Of a DNA stretch of 64,000 nt, positions 18,054-28,978 are shown one piece after another. The notes under the pieces are model-generated. The model was not told the DNA's origin and did no database searches. It saw only the letters and a program-made list of their open reading frames with translations. The stretch covers positions 467,809-531,808 of the forward strand of contig OZ253457.1 in assembly GCA_965261285.1 (NCBI GenBank). Reading direction: 5' to 3'. The stretch comes from Vicinamibacterales bacterium. GTDB lineage: Bacteria; Acidobacteriota; Vicinamibacteria; Vicinamibacterales; UBA8438. The position numbers and the translations under genes are program-made. The stretch's first letter is position 1. Every line of letters begins with the position of its first letter.

Positions 18054-18710
18054 TCAGTCGACGAGCTGCCACGTGTCGGCCCGTTCGACCCACCGGATCG
18101 TGTTCCAGATGATGCCCAGGTAGACCAGCAGAAGGGCGGTCGCCATGAGGGCAGGACCGTAGGGTGCGTTCCAGAAGGCGATGAGCTCCGCGCGCGCCTC
18201 GGTGCCCTCACCGGCGACCAGCATGCCCAACAGCAGCAACATGCCCAGGATCCCGAACGGAACCGCGTGCGCCAGATGCCAGTTGATACGCCATCTCGTT
18301 GAGACGCAGAGCGCGCCGAATGCCAGGAGGGCGCACAGCGTGACCGGCGCCACGCCCCGGGACTGCCATGCCTCGCGCGCGAACAGCCCTGACGACACCG
18401 TCCACAGCACCACGCCGCAGACGGACGCGAAGAGAAACTTGCTGAGAGCGAGGGTTCGATCGTCCAGCGGCAGGGACCGCAGCCAGGCGAAAGAGCGGGT
18501 CGATCGTTCGCGCGCGATGAGCCACTCGCCGAACAGCAGGGGGATGATCATGTTGACGTTGGCCACGAACCCCACCGGTGACGCTTCGCTCGGGATGAAG
18601 CGAATGACGAGGCCGACAAAGGAGAGAATGGCGGCGAAGACCAACAACAGCGGCCGGCCGTGCAGCCGGATGTCCTTGGCGATCAGAATCCAGAGCGTTC
18701 TCGTGTTCAT
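18054..18710 (-). CDS. ABC-2-type transporter permease (ABC2_membrane_5-like)
   Basis: This is the in-frame part of track ORF 18054..18842, starting from MNTRTLWILIAKDIRLHGRP. It has about 6 TM helices. Its ATG overlaps the ATPase stop (ATGA). Confidence 0.7.
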   Translation of the reverse strand: MNTRTLWILIAKDIRLHGRPLLLVFAAILSFVGLVIRFIPSEASPVGFVANVNMIIPLLFGEWLIARERSTRSFAWLRSLPLDDRTLALSKFLFASVCGVVLWTVSSGLFAREAWQSRGVAPVTLCALLAFGALCVSTRWRINWHLAHAVPFGILGMLLLLGMLVAGEGTEARAELIAFWNAPYGPALMATALLLVYLGIIWNTIRWVERADTWQLVD

Positions 18711-19600
18711 CGTCGGTCTCCGGAAGGGCGGCCCGTGCCGTGATACACGGCGGCGAGCAGGCTCGACGGGCGGTCCTCGACATGATCGGCGCGCTGCCGC
18801 AGATCCGTATCGAGCGCGCTGTTCCCGAGCACGAGCCGCCACTCCTCGTTCTTGTGGATCCAGCGAGCGAGCAGGTCCGGCGAGGGGGCCAGGGCATTCG
18901 CGGTGTCGGTGCGATACAGAGTCGATGACCGCAAGAGGTCGGCCGTGGTCTCGAAGACGAAACGGCCGTTCCGCAGTATCAGGATGTCGGTGGCCGTCTC
19001 TTCGATGTCCTCGAAGATGTGCGACGAGAGGACCACGCAGAGGCGCGGATGCTGCTGCACCAGGGACCGGACGATGTCCTGTACGTTCGCCCGGGCCGTG
19101 GGGTCGAGGCCGGCGGTGGGCTCATCGAGCAGCAGGAGGTCGGCGTGATGGGCGACCGCGCTCGCAATGCCAAGCTTGACCTTCGTGCCCTTCGACAGCT
19201 TGCCGACCTGCTGGTTCACGGGCAGATCCAGCGTATCGACGAGTCTGGCCGCCAGAGCCGGATCCCAGGCGTCGTAGAGGCGTGACGCGAGCCTGAGCGT
19301 CTCGGCGATGGTGAGCTCGCCGTAGAACGGAACGACCTCCCGCACGTAGCTCAGCCGGGTCTTCCAGCGGAGCGAGCCCCACCCGATCGGCTCGCCGCCC
19401 GTCCGGAGGAGGCCGCCGGTGGGCTTGAGCTGCAGCCCGACGATGTCGAGCAGCGTCGTCTTGCCGGCGCCGTTCGGTCCGAGCAGGCCGTATACGCGGC
19501 CCGGGCGCAACTGGAGTGAGAGCGGGCCCAGTTCGAAGCCGGGGAACCGCCGCCGGATATCGCTCAGCTCGACGACGACATCATTCATGGGGTGCCTCAT
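18707..19600 (-). CDS. ABC transporter ATP-binding protein
   Basis: This is the in-frame part of track ORF 18707..20137. It has Walker A GPNGAGKTT, the signature LSKGTKVKL and Walker B LLLLDEP. Its ATG at 19600 overlaps the upstream stop (ATGA). The ATG at 19588 is an alternative start. Confidence 0.9.
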   Translation of the reverse strand: MRHPMNDVVVELSDIRRRFPGFELGPLSLQLRPGRVYGLLGPNGAGKTTLLDIVGLQLKPTGGLLRTGGEPIGWGSLRWKTRLSYVREVVPFYGELTIAETLRLASRLYDAWDPALAARLVDTLDLPVNQQVGKLSKGTKVKLGIASAVAHHADLLLLDEPTAGLDPTARANVQDIVRSLVQQHPRLCVVLSSHIFEDIEETATDILILRNGRFVFETTADLLRSSTLYRTDTANALAPSPDLLARWIHKNEEWRLVLGNSALDTDLRQRADHVEDRPSSLLAAVYHGTGRPSGDRR

Positions 19601-20154
19601 GGCCGCGCCTGCCCTGTGACCGCGGCAATCGCGGGCATCACGCTCGCTTCGACGACGGCGGCGACCACGAGCAGGACGCCGCCGATGATGAGACTGACGG
19701 CCCCCGCACTGAACCGTACCGGTTCTCCCGTCGCCAAGCCTCGGGCCACCCCCCAAGACAGATGCTGCGTAGCGGTGGCGACGAGTATCAACGCCAGGAA
19801 TTCGAGCGGTACGTAGCTGGCCAGAAACGGCAGGATCTCCGCGGCGCCCCGAGTCAGGGCGGACAGGCCGTATCCCAGGTGGAACGCGTTGTACAGTAGT
19901 CCGACAAGAGTCAACAGGCCCAGCGTGCACGCGCCTGCCAGCAGTCCCCCCGCGACCCGCAGGTTGCTGCGCAGAATGTACGCGGCGTCCGAGCGGATGC
20001 GGTCGCCGGTGATGTCGGCGGACGGGCGCACCTGGACCTGTTCTCCTCTGTGATCGGCGCTGAGCCAGCCGGCGCAGGCGGCGAGACCGAAGAGCAGGAC
20101 GTTGGCCGCGAGCAGCATCGACCACGATCGGGACCATCTGCCTAGCTTCTCCAC
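19597..20154 (-). CDS. SpoIIM-like (stage II sporulation protein M family, DUF95) membrane protein
   Basis: Track ORF of 185 aa with a ggagg RBS and 4-5 TM helices. It contains a YVPLEFLALILVATA-type segment, as in the SpoIIM family. Assignment is by pattern. Confidence 0.65.
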   Translation of the reverse strand: MEKLGRWSRSWSMLLAANVLLFGLAACAGWLSADHRGEQVQVRPSADITGDRIRSDAAYILRSNLRVAGGLLAGACTLGLLTLVGLLYNAFHLGYGLSALTRGAAEILPFLASYVPLEFLALILVATATQHLSWGVARGLATGEPVRFSAGAVSLIIGGVLLVVAAVVEASVMPAIAAVTGQARP

Positions 20155-20207
20155 GTCAACCTCCGTTCGCTTCGATTCTCGTGGCTGTCACCGGCGGCCT
20201 GCGGCGA

Positions 20208-20489
20208 TCAGGCCACGCCGGTGAGTCCGCACGCTATGGCGCCGACCCAAATGAACCACGCGCACGTGAAGACACCGGCGGCGCCGAAAGCCGCGGCGTC
20301 TTCGCCTTCCATTCCCCACGCGTACGCCCACTGCGGGGCGGCGGGTGCCTCCACCGACAGCGGCGCGTCCGATGCGGCCTGCGCGTGAGCTGCGAACTCC
20401 GCCGCACCCGTCGGGGCCGTCTGCAGCACCACGATCGAGAGCAGGAGGGCGGTCAACGTCGACACGGCCAGTAGGGTTCGTCTCTGCAT
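20208..20489 (-). CDS. small secreted/membrane peptide (93 aa precursor) heading the operon
   Basis: This is the in-frame part of track ORF 20208..20609, starting from MQRRTLLAVSTLTALLLSIVVLQTAPTGA (Sec-type signal), with a gggaga RBS. The mature part is Ala/Trp-rich and ends in the hydrophobic Cys-containing tail AAFGAAGVFTCAWFIWVGAIACGLTGVA. Confidence 0.55.
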   Translation of the reverse strand: MQRRTLLAVSTLTALLLSIVVLQTAPTGAAEFAAHAQAASDAPLSVEAPAAPQWAYAWGMEGEDAAAFGAAGVFTCAWFIWVGAIACGLTGVA

Positions 20490-21107
20490 GATTATCTCCC
20501 GGACTATGCGATCTGCAACACAATTGTCGCGTACTTCGACCGCGAGGTTCCGGCGGCGAACTGCGGCGCGGTCAGCGTCGCCGCCCGCCGCTGACTTGCG
20601 TGTCTTCATGGTCGACCTCCTCGCGTTCGGCGCGGCGTCATGCCGCGCTTTCGGGCGTCGAACCGGCTCGGCCGCCCGTGCACGAAATGACTACAAGGGT
20701 CGTGCCACGCGGAGCGGGCGGGCGAAACGCCGCGAGAACCGGGAGGTCGGCGGTTTCACGCCCGGTCGGCCGCCGGCGCGCGCCCAGGCGGCGGGAAACC
20801 GTCGGCGTCGGGCTCGCCGGCCGCCGGTCGAGTCGGACGCCAGGGATGGCGCCTGACTCGGTGGGAAATCGCGTCTTCGTGCCGTCGTCAACCCCGGTTG
20901 ACCCGAAATCCGCCCGTTTCCCGGCGGCGCCGTGCGGCGGCCTGTCGCCGCTCGCCGACTCGCGCCGGGACCTCACGCCGCGGGTGAGGGCGCAAGCCTT
21001 GCCGGGCCAGGGCCGCCCCGCGGCAATCGACGCCGCGGGCGGCGGTTGCGGGGCGCGCGGTCGAGACGCCCGGGCGGGGGTGGTATTCTCCCGAGAGGGA
21101 GACGGTC

Positions 21108-21548
21108 ATGACCGAGACGAGCCCAACTTCGACCGAGACGAGCCCGGCGAAGAAGACGCTGGAGGAGTGGCGCGCCCTGCTGCCGCCGGAGTCGTTCGCG
21201 GTCCTCTTCCGGGAGGCGACCGAGCCCCCGGGGTCGAGCCCGCTGAACCACGAGAAGCGCGCCGGGACGTTCGTGTGCGCCGCCTGCCATCAGCCGCTGT
21301 TCGAGTCGTCGACGAAGTACGAGAGCGGCACGGGCTGGCCGAGCTTCTTCGAACCGATCGAGGGCAGCGTCGGCACGAAGCGCGACTTCAAGATGATCCT
21401 GCCGCGGACCGAGTACCACTGCGCCCGCTGCGGCGGGCACCAGGGGCACGTCTTCCCGGACGGGCCGCAGCCCACCGGCAAGCGGTACTGCAACAACGGC
21501 GTGGCCCTGCGCTTCGTGCCCGAGGGAGAGCCCCTGCCGGAGCGGTGA
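21108..21548 (+). CDS. msrB: peptide-methionine (R)-S-oxide reductase
   Basis: Track ORF of 146 aa. CAACHQPLF...GTGWPSFF...HCARCGGHQGHVFPDGP are classical MsrB/SelR motifs. Confidence 0.95.
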   Translation: MTETSPTSTETSPAKKTLEEWRALLPPESFAVLFREATEPPGSSPLNHEKRAGTFVCAACHQPLFESSTKYESGTGWPSFFEPIEGSVGTKRDFKMILPRTEYHCARCGGHQGHVFPDGPQPTGKRYCNNGVALRFVPEGEPLPER

Positions 21549-21670
21549 TCGCCCGCGGCGGGGTGACGTGCCCGAGGGGGAGCTCCCTGTCGGAGCGGTG
21601 ATCGCCCGCGGCGGGGTACGGCCCGAGGGAGAGCCCCCGCCGGAGCGGTGATCGCCCGTAGCGGCGCGAG
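21518..21670. repeat. three tandem copies (period 51-52 nt) of the msrB 3' end
   Basis: gcccgaggg(a/g)gagc.cc..c.ggagcggtgatcgcccg... starts at 21518, 21570 and 21621. Each copy carries the ..PER stop tga context. Only the first copy terminates msrB (stop 21546-21548). Confidence 0.9.
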
Positions 21671-21885
21671 CGAGCGGGCACGGCAGGCAGGGGCGGCGAT
21701 GTCGCCGGAGGGCGCCCGAGCGAGGGTCCATCGGCCTGCGTGACCGCATCGACGACTCTCCGAGACGGCAGGAACGCCGACTCGCGCCCGGTCCTCACGA
21801 CGTCGTCGTGCACCCCGTCGAACGAAGAGCCCTTGAGCCCGGCTCGGTGGCCGCGCTAGAATGGACCCCCGTTTCCGAAGTCGGC

Positions 21886-22035
21886 ATGCCCATGGTTCGC
21901 GTGTTCCGTTGCTCCGTCGTGGTCGGCGTTCACGGCGCCGGCGCCATCATTGCGCCGGCCGCCAGTGGATGATGTACCCGACCGGAGCAGCAGATTCGAG
22001 GGCCATCATCCACCGCCGGGTGATGGCCCTTTTTT
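21886..22035 (+). promoter_or_regulatory. candidate ilv leader peptide plus transcription attenuator
   Basis: The leader ORF 21892..21972 encodes [26 protein letters not shown] (6 Val, 2 Ile). gtggatgatg (21965-21974) is perfectly complementary to catcatccac (22004-22013). That segment overlaps the 5' arm of a 9-bp hairpin, gggccatca (22000-22008) paired with tgatggccc (22021-22029). The hairpin is followed by T6 (22030-22035), 20 nt before the ilvD ATG. Confidence 0.55.
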
Positions 22036-22054
22036 CGTCGGAAGGCACAGGCAC

Positions 22055-23737
22055 ATGACCGCCACGCCAGGCAAGACCCGTAGCGGCGCGATCACCGACG
22101 GCCCGTCCCGCGCCCCCGCCCGATCGATGCTGAAGGCGGTGGGGTTCGACGACGAGGCGCTCGGCCGGCCCATCATCGGGGTCGCGAACACGTGGATCGA
22201 GATCGGCCCCTGCAACTTCCATCTGCGGCGGCTCGGGGAGCGCATCAAGGACGGGATTCGCGCCGCCGGAGGCACGCCGATGGAGTTCAACACGGTGTCC
22301 ATCTCCGACGGCATCACCATGGGCAGCGACGGCATGCGGGCCTCCCTGGTGAGCCGCGAGGTCATCGCCGACTCGATCGAGCTCGTCGCCCGCGGCAACC
22401 TCTTCGACGGGCTCGTGGTGCTGGTGGGCTGCGACAAGACCATTCCGGGCGGGGTGATGGCGGTGGCGCGGCTCGACATCCCGGGCCTCGTGCTCTACGG
22501 CGGCTCCATCGCGCCGGGGCGCTGGGAGGACCACGACGTCACCATCCAGGACGTCTTCGAGGCGGTGGGCGCGCACGCGGCCGGCACGATGACCGATGCT
22601 CGGCTGAAGGCGCTCGAGGACGCGGCGTGCCCCGGCCCCGGCGCGTGCGGCGGCCAGTTCACCGCCAACACCATGGCGACGGTGTGCGAGCTGATCGGCA
22701 TCTCGCCGATGAGCCACAACGCGGTGCCGGCGATGGACGACGAGAAGGACGTCGTGGCCCGCGAAACGGGGCGGCTCATCATGGACCTGGTCCAGGCGGA
22801 CCGGCGGCCGCGGCAGATCATGACCCGGGCCGCGCTCGAGAACGGCATCGCGTCGGTGGCCGCCACCGGCGGCTCGACCAACGCGGTGCTGCACCTGCTG
22901 GCGATCGCGCGCGAGGCCGAGGTCGACATTTCCATCGACGACTTCGACCGCATCAGCCGGGCGACGCCCCTCCTCGCCGATCTGAAGCCGGGCGGGCGCT
23001 TCGTGGCCACCGACCTGTACCGGGCCGGCGGGACCCGCCTGCTCGCGCACCGGCTGCAGGAGGCGCGCGTGTTGCAGTCCGACGAGATCACGGTCACCGG
23101 CCGCACCATCGGCGAAGAGGCGCAGGCGGCGGCCGAGGCCCCCGGCCAGGAGGTGGTGCGGTCGGTGTCCGAGCCGATAACCCCGACAGGCGGGCTCATC
23201 ATCCTGAAGGGCAACCTCGCGCCCGACGGATGCGTCGTCAAGGTGGCCGGCGGCTACGGCGACCGGAGGCACCGCGGCCCGGCGCGGGTGTTCGACAGCG
23301 AGGAGGCGTGCTTCGAGGCGGTGGAGAAGGGCGCGCTGCGGCCGGGAGACGTCGTCGTGATTCGCTACGAGGGGCCGCGCGGGGGACCCGGCATGCGCGA
23401 GATGCTGGCGGTCACCGCGGCCATCGTCGGGGCCGGCCTCGGCGATTCGGTGGCGTTGCTGACCGACGGCCGGTTCTCGGGCGCGACCCGGGGGCTCATG
23501 GCGGGGCACGTGGCGCCGGAGGCGGCTCGGGGCGGGCCGATCGCGGCGGTGCGCGACGGCGATATCATCGTGTTCGACCTGCAGGCGCGCGAGCTGCGGG
23601 TGGAGGTCGACGAGGCAGAGATGGCCGAGCGCATGCAAGGCTGGCAGGCTCCGGCGCCGCGCTTCGCGACCGGCGTGATGGCGAAGTACTGCCGCCTCGT
23701 GGGGTCGGCGGCCGAGGGAGCGGTGACGACGGCGTAG
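22055..23737 (+). CDS. ilvD: dihydroxy-acid dehydratase
   Basis: This is the in-frame part of track ORF 21950..23737, starting from [31 protein letters not shown] with a ggaagg RBS. It contains the CDKTIPG motif and FSGATRG near the C-terminus. Confidence 0.95.
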   Translation: MTATPGKTRSGAITDGPSRAPARSMLKAVGFDDEALGRPIIGVANTWIEIGPCNFHLRRLGERIKDGIRAAGGTPMEFNTVSISDGITMGSDGMRASLVSREVIADSIELVARGNLFDGLVVLVGCDKTIPGGVMAVARLDIPGLVLYGGSIAPGRWEDHDVTIQDVFEAVGAHAAGTMTDARLKALEDAACPGPGACGGQFTANTMATVCELIGISPMSHNAVPAMDDEKDVVARETGRLIMDLVQADRRPRQIMTRAALENGIASVAATGGSTNAVLHLLAIAREAEVDISIDDFDRISRATPLLADLKPGGRFVATDLYRAGGTRLLAHRLQEARVLQSDEITVTGRTIGEEAQAAAEAPGQEVVRSVSEPITPTGGLIILKGNLAPDGCVVKVAGGYGDRRHRGPARVFDSEEACFEAVEKGALRPGDVVVIRYEGPRGGPGMREMLAVTAAIVGAGLGDSVALLTDGRFSGATRGLMAGHVAPEAARGGPIAAVRDGDIIVFDLQARELRVEVDEAEMAERMQGWQAPAPRFATGVMAKYCRLVGSAAEGAVTTA

Positions 23738-23854
23738 CAGTCTGCGGCAGAACCGCGCGGACTCCGGCGGGTTGGTCGGGCGCCAAGGGGGAGCCGAGGG
23801 CGGCGATCGGCGGGCTGGAGGCCGCGGTGCCCCGCGACGAACGGGTACGGACCA

Positions 23855-25573
23855 ATGGGGAACATGAGAACCGGCGCGCAGATCCTGTGGGAGTCCCTCG
23901 TCCGCGAGGGGGTGACCACGGTGTTCGGTTATCCGGGCGGCGCGATTCTGCCCGCCTACGACGCCATGCTGGAGTACCCCGTCCGCCATGTCCTGGTGCG
24001 GCACGAGCAGGGGGCGACCCACATGGCCGACGGCTATGCGCGGGCGAGCGGCGAGGTCGGGGTGGCGGTGGCCACGTCCGGGCCCGGGGCCACCAACATG
24101 GTCACGGGCATCGCCACCGCGATGCTCGATTCCTCGCCCATCGTCTGCATCACCGGCCAGGTGGGCAGCCGGCTCATCGGGTCGGACGCCTTCCAGGAGA
24201 CCGACGTCACCGGCGTCACCCTCCCCATCACGAAGCACAACTACCTGGTGTCGAACGTGGCCGAGGTGGCGCCGACCATCCACGAGGCGTTCTACGTGGC
24301 GCGCTCCGGCCGCCCCGGGCCGGTGCTGGTGGACATCACCAAGGACGCCCAGCAGGCCTCGGCCGAGTTCGTCTGGGACGGCAGCCCGGTGCGCCTGCCC
24401 GGCTACCGGCCCGAGCTTCGCGCGTCGGATGCGGAGCGCCGGAAGGCGGTGGACCTGATCAACGGCGCCAAGCGGCCGATCATCTTCGCCGGGCACGGCG
24501 TGATGCTGTCGGGGGCGATGGACCTGGTGCGCGAGCTCGCCGAGCGGGCCGACATCCCCGTCGCCATGACGTTGCTCGGCATCGGGTCGTTCCCGGCCCT
24601 GCATCCCCTGAACCTGGGCATGATGGGCATGCACGGCGAGGCGTGGGTGAACCAGGCCATCCAGGAGGCCGACCTCCTGCTCGCGTTCGGCATGCGCTTC
24701 GACGACCGCGTCACCGGCAACATCAGGACCTACGCGCCGAACGCGAGGAAGATCCACGTCGACATCGACCCGGCCGAATTCAACAAGAACGTCATCGTCG
24801 ACGTCACCCTGGCCGGCGACCTGGCCAACGTGCTGCGGGAGCTGCTGCCGCGAATCGAGGGCGGCGACCGCCGCGCGTGGCTCGACTCGATCGCGGAGAT
24901 GAAGGGCGATTCGGCCGTCCGCGACGTGCAGAACCTGCCCGACAGCGGGCACCTGTACGCCGCCCACGTCATCAACGACATCTGGCGGATGACCGACGGG
25001 AAGGCGGTGGTGGTGACGGACGTCGGCCAGCACCAGATGTGGGAGGCCCAGTACTACCACCACCAGGAGCCGCGGTCGCTGATTACGTCGGGGGGCCTCG
25101 GCACCATGGGGTTCGCCCTGCCCGCCGCCGTCGGCGCGAAGCTCGCGCGGCCCGAGGCCGAGGTGTGGGCGATCGTGGGCGACGGCGGGTTCCAGATGAC
25201 GATGTGCGAGCTGGCCACCATCGCGCAGGAGAAGGTGAAGGTCAACGTGGCCATCATCAACAACGGCTACCTGGGGATGGTGCGGCAGTGGCAGGAGTTC
25301 TTCTACGAGCGGCGCTACGCGGCCACGCCGCTGCTCAGCCCCGACTTCGCGAAGCTGGGCGAGGCCTTCGGCCTGCGCAGCGCGACGGTGTCGCGGCGTC
25401 AGGACGTCGAGCCGACGGTGGCGATGGCGCGGGCCGAGCCCGGGGCGGTGGTCATCGACTTCCGGGTCGAGCAGGAGGACACCGTCTATCCGATGGTGCC
25501 GGCCGGCGCCGACCTGCATGCGATGATCCGGCGGCCGAGCCCCAGCCCCATCGTCGAGACGGCGGACGACTAG
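23855..25573 (+). CDS. ilvB: acetolactate synthase (AHAS) large subunit
   Basis: Track ORF of 572 aa. GAQILWESLVREGVTTVFGYPGGAILPAYDA plus the TPP-binding GLGTMGFALPAAVGA...GDGGFQM...NNGYLGMV. Confidence 0.95.
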   Translation: MGNMRTGAQILWESLVREGVTTVFGYPGGAILPAYDAMLEYPVRHVLVRHEQGATHMADGYARASGEVGVAVATSGPGATNMVTGIATAMLDSSPIVCITGQVGSRLIGSDAFQETDVTGVTLPITKHNYLVSNVAEVAPTIHEAFYVARSGRPGPVLVDITKDAQQASAEFVWDGSPVRLPGYRPELRASDAERRKAVDLINGAKRPIIFAGHGVMLSGAMDLVRELAERADIPVAMTLLGIGSFPALHPLNLGMMGMHGEAWVNQAIQEADLLLAFGMRFDDRVTGNIRTYAPNARKIHVDIDPAEFNKNVIVDVTLAGDLANVLRELLPRIEGGDRRAWLDSIAEMKGDSAVRDVQNLPDSGHLYAAHVINDIWRMTDGKAVVVTDVGQHQMWEAQYYHHQEPRSLITSGGLGTMGFALPAAVGAKLARPEAEVWAIVGDGGFQMTMCELATIAQEKVKVNVAIINNGYLGMVRQWQEFFYERRYAATPLLSPDFAKLGEAFGLRSATVSRRQDVEPTVAMARAEPGAVVIDFRVEQEDTVYPMVPAGADLHAMIRRPSPSPIVETADD

Positions 25574-25584
25574 TGCCGCGATGA

Positions 25585-27444
<1,860 letters not shown>

Positions 27445-27583
27445 TGACTGCGTTGTTCGTCGGTTGCGTATACCCAATATGCGCCCTCCTCACGCCTTGT
27501 CAGGCGGGCGCCTCGCCGCTCTCGGTGCAACGCGGGGCTTCCACCGCGGGCTGCCGGCAGAGACGGCCGAGAGGTTTTGCGAC

Positions 27584-28078
27584 ATGCCACGAGTCACCTT
27601 CGATGAGCTGCCGCCGGACGCGCGCCTGTGGATCTTCGCGGCCGAGCGTCCGCTGGCCGCCGGCGAGCGGGCACGCGTGACGGGCGAGGTGGACGCCTTC
27701 ATCGACCAGTGGGCCGCGCACGACGTTCCATTGAAGGCGGCCCGCGACGTACGGTACGACCAGTTCATCTTCGTGGCCGTCGACGAGCGGGCGGCCGGCG
27801 CGTCCGGGTGCTCCGTCGACGCCCTCGTGCGCCGCATGAAGGGGCTGCAGGCCGAGCTGGGCGTCGAGCTCGTGAACCATGCGCCGGTGCTCTATCGCGA
27901 CGAGGCCGGCATCGCGAGAGTGTCCCGGGAGCGGTTCGCCAATCTCGCAGAGAGCGGCGAAGTGAGTCCCCGGACCGTGGTCTTCGACAATACGCTGACG
28001 AAGGTCGAGCAGGTCCGGGCCGGCCGCTGGGAGTTGCCGGCCTCCGATTCCTGGCACGGCGTCGCTTTCTTCGGGTAG
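27584..28078 (+). CDS. conserved hypothetical protein (about 164 aa)
   Basis: This is the in-frame part of track ORF 27464..28078, starting from MPRVTFDELPPDARLWIFAAERPL. The FIFVAVDE...SGCSVD motif recalls a widespread uncharacterised family. No function is asserted. Confidence 0.65.
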   Translation: MPRVTFDELPPDARLWIFAAERPLAAGERARVTGEVDAFIDQWAAHDVPLKAARDVRYDQFIFVAVDERAAGASGCSVDALVRRMKGLQAELGVELVNHAPVLYRDEAGIARVSRERFANLAESGEVSPRTVVFDNTLTKVEQVRAGRWELPASDSWHGVAFFG

Positions 28079-28221
28079 GGAGTTCGCGCCGTGAAACGGC
28101 GCGGGCCCCTGCAGGGTTCGTTGGGCGACCATCGGAGCCGCAGGCGACGTTGGCGGGCGAGCCCGGGAGCGATGGGCTTCGCCGGGCGGGCCGGCGCTGA
28201 TCCGCGTCCGGTGGTCGAAAC

Positions 28222-28298
28222 TGGTCGGGGCGCCCGGGTTCGAACCGGGGGCCTCCTGCTCCCAAAGCAGGCGCGCTACCAGGCTGCGCCACGCCCCG
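28222..28298 (-). tRNA. tRNA-Pro (anticodon TGG), CCA encoded
   Basis: The reverse complement reads CGGGGCGTGGCGCAGCCTGGTAGCGCGCCTGCTTTGGGAGCAGGAGGCCCCCGGTTCGAACCCGGGCGCCCCGACCA. The acceptor stem is CGGGGCG/CGCCCCG, the anticodon stem is CCTGC/GCAGG with loop TTTGGGA, and the T-arm is GGTTCGAACC. Confidence 0.9.
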
Positions 28299-28449
28299 AC
28301 GATCTCCGCGGCACGGGACTAAGTTACCACAACCGCGTCGGTTTCCCATCCGTTTCGGCCCCGCGAGGCGGCAGCCTTCCCTCACCCCGCGCCCGCCGAC
28401 GGCAAATGCGTTTGACAATCCGTGTTATGTGCCGCTACCCTTTAGCCCC

Positions 28450-28767
28450 ATGAGTGTCATATCAGACGCGATTGCCGAACGAGAGAGCCAGATCGAGCGC
28501 CTCCAGGCCGAGATCAAGGCGTTGAGCGATGTCGAGAAGATGCTGGGAGACCCCGCCCCGCAACCCAGGCGCAGGGCCCGGCGGTCTCCTTCACCGAGGA
28601 AGCCGGCGCCCGCGGCGGCAGCGCCCGCGGCGGCGGCGCCCGCGGATACCGCGTCCGAGGCCAAGCCGAGGAGAAAGCGCCGTCAGATGACGCCCGAAGA
28701 AAAGAAAGCGGTGTCCGAGCGGATGACCGCATACTGGGCGGCGCGGAGAAAAAAGTCCGGGAAGTAG
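28450..28767 (+). CDS. small coiled-coil / basic protein, hypothetical
   Basis: This is the in-frame part of track ORF 28429..28767, starting from MSVISDAIAERESQIERLQAEIKAL. It has an Ala/Pro repeat (a 15-nt unit x2.7 at 28606-28646) and the basic tail KPRRKRRQMTPEEKKAVSERMTAYWAARRKK. Confidence 0.6.
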   Translation: MSVISDAIAERESQIERLQAEIKALSDVEKMLGDPAPQPRRRARRSPSPRKPAPAAAAPAAAAPADTASEAKPRRKRRQMTPEEKKAVSERMTAYWAARRKKSGK

Positions 28768-28789
28768 TGCGCGGCCGGTTTCCCGGGTA

Positions 28790-28809
28790 CCCCGGCCGTA
28801 CGGCCGGGG
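28790..28809. terminator. perfect 8-bp GC hairpin between convergent genes
   Basis: ccccggcc gtac ggccgggg, 23 nt after the 28767 stop. There is no U-tract. Confidence 0.4.
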
Positions 28810-28978
28810 CCCGCGAGCGGTTCGGCAGGTGCTCATCCCGAAGAAGCGGGCTGGGGCGATCCCGGCCCGAGTGGAGAGAGGGGGCGTTTCTCCACAGGTT
28901 CACGTCCGGTCCCACTCCATCGTCGACCCGATGGCTCCTCGTCGCCGGGCAGAGGCCGCTCGCCGGGCAAGGCCGCGG

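Noticed and set aside
28079-28978. tRNA-Pro as an integration site for a mobile element (the small basic protein next to it)
   Set aside because: There is no integrase, no excisionase, no direct repeat of the tRNA 3' end, and no compositional break in the flanking genes.
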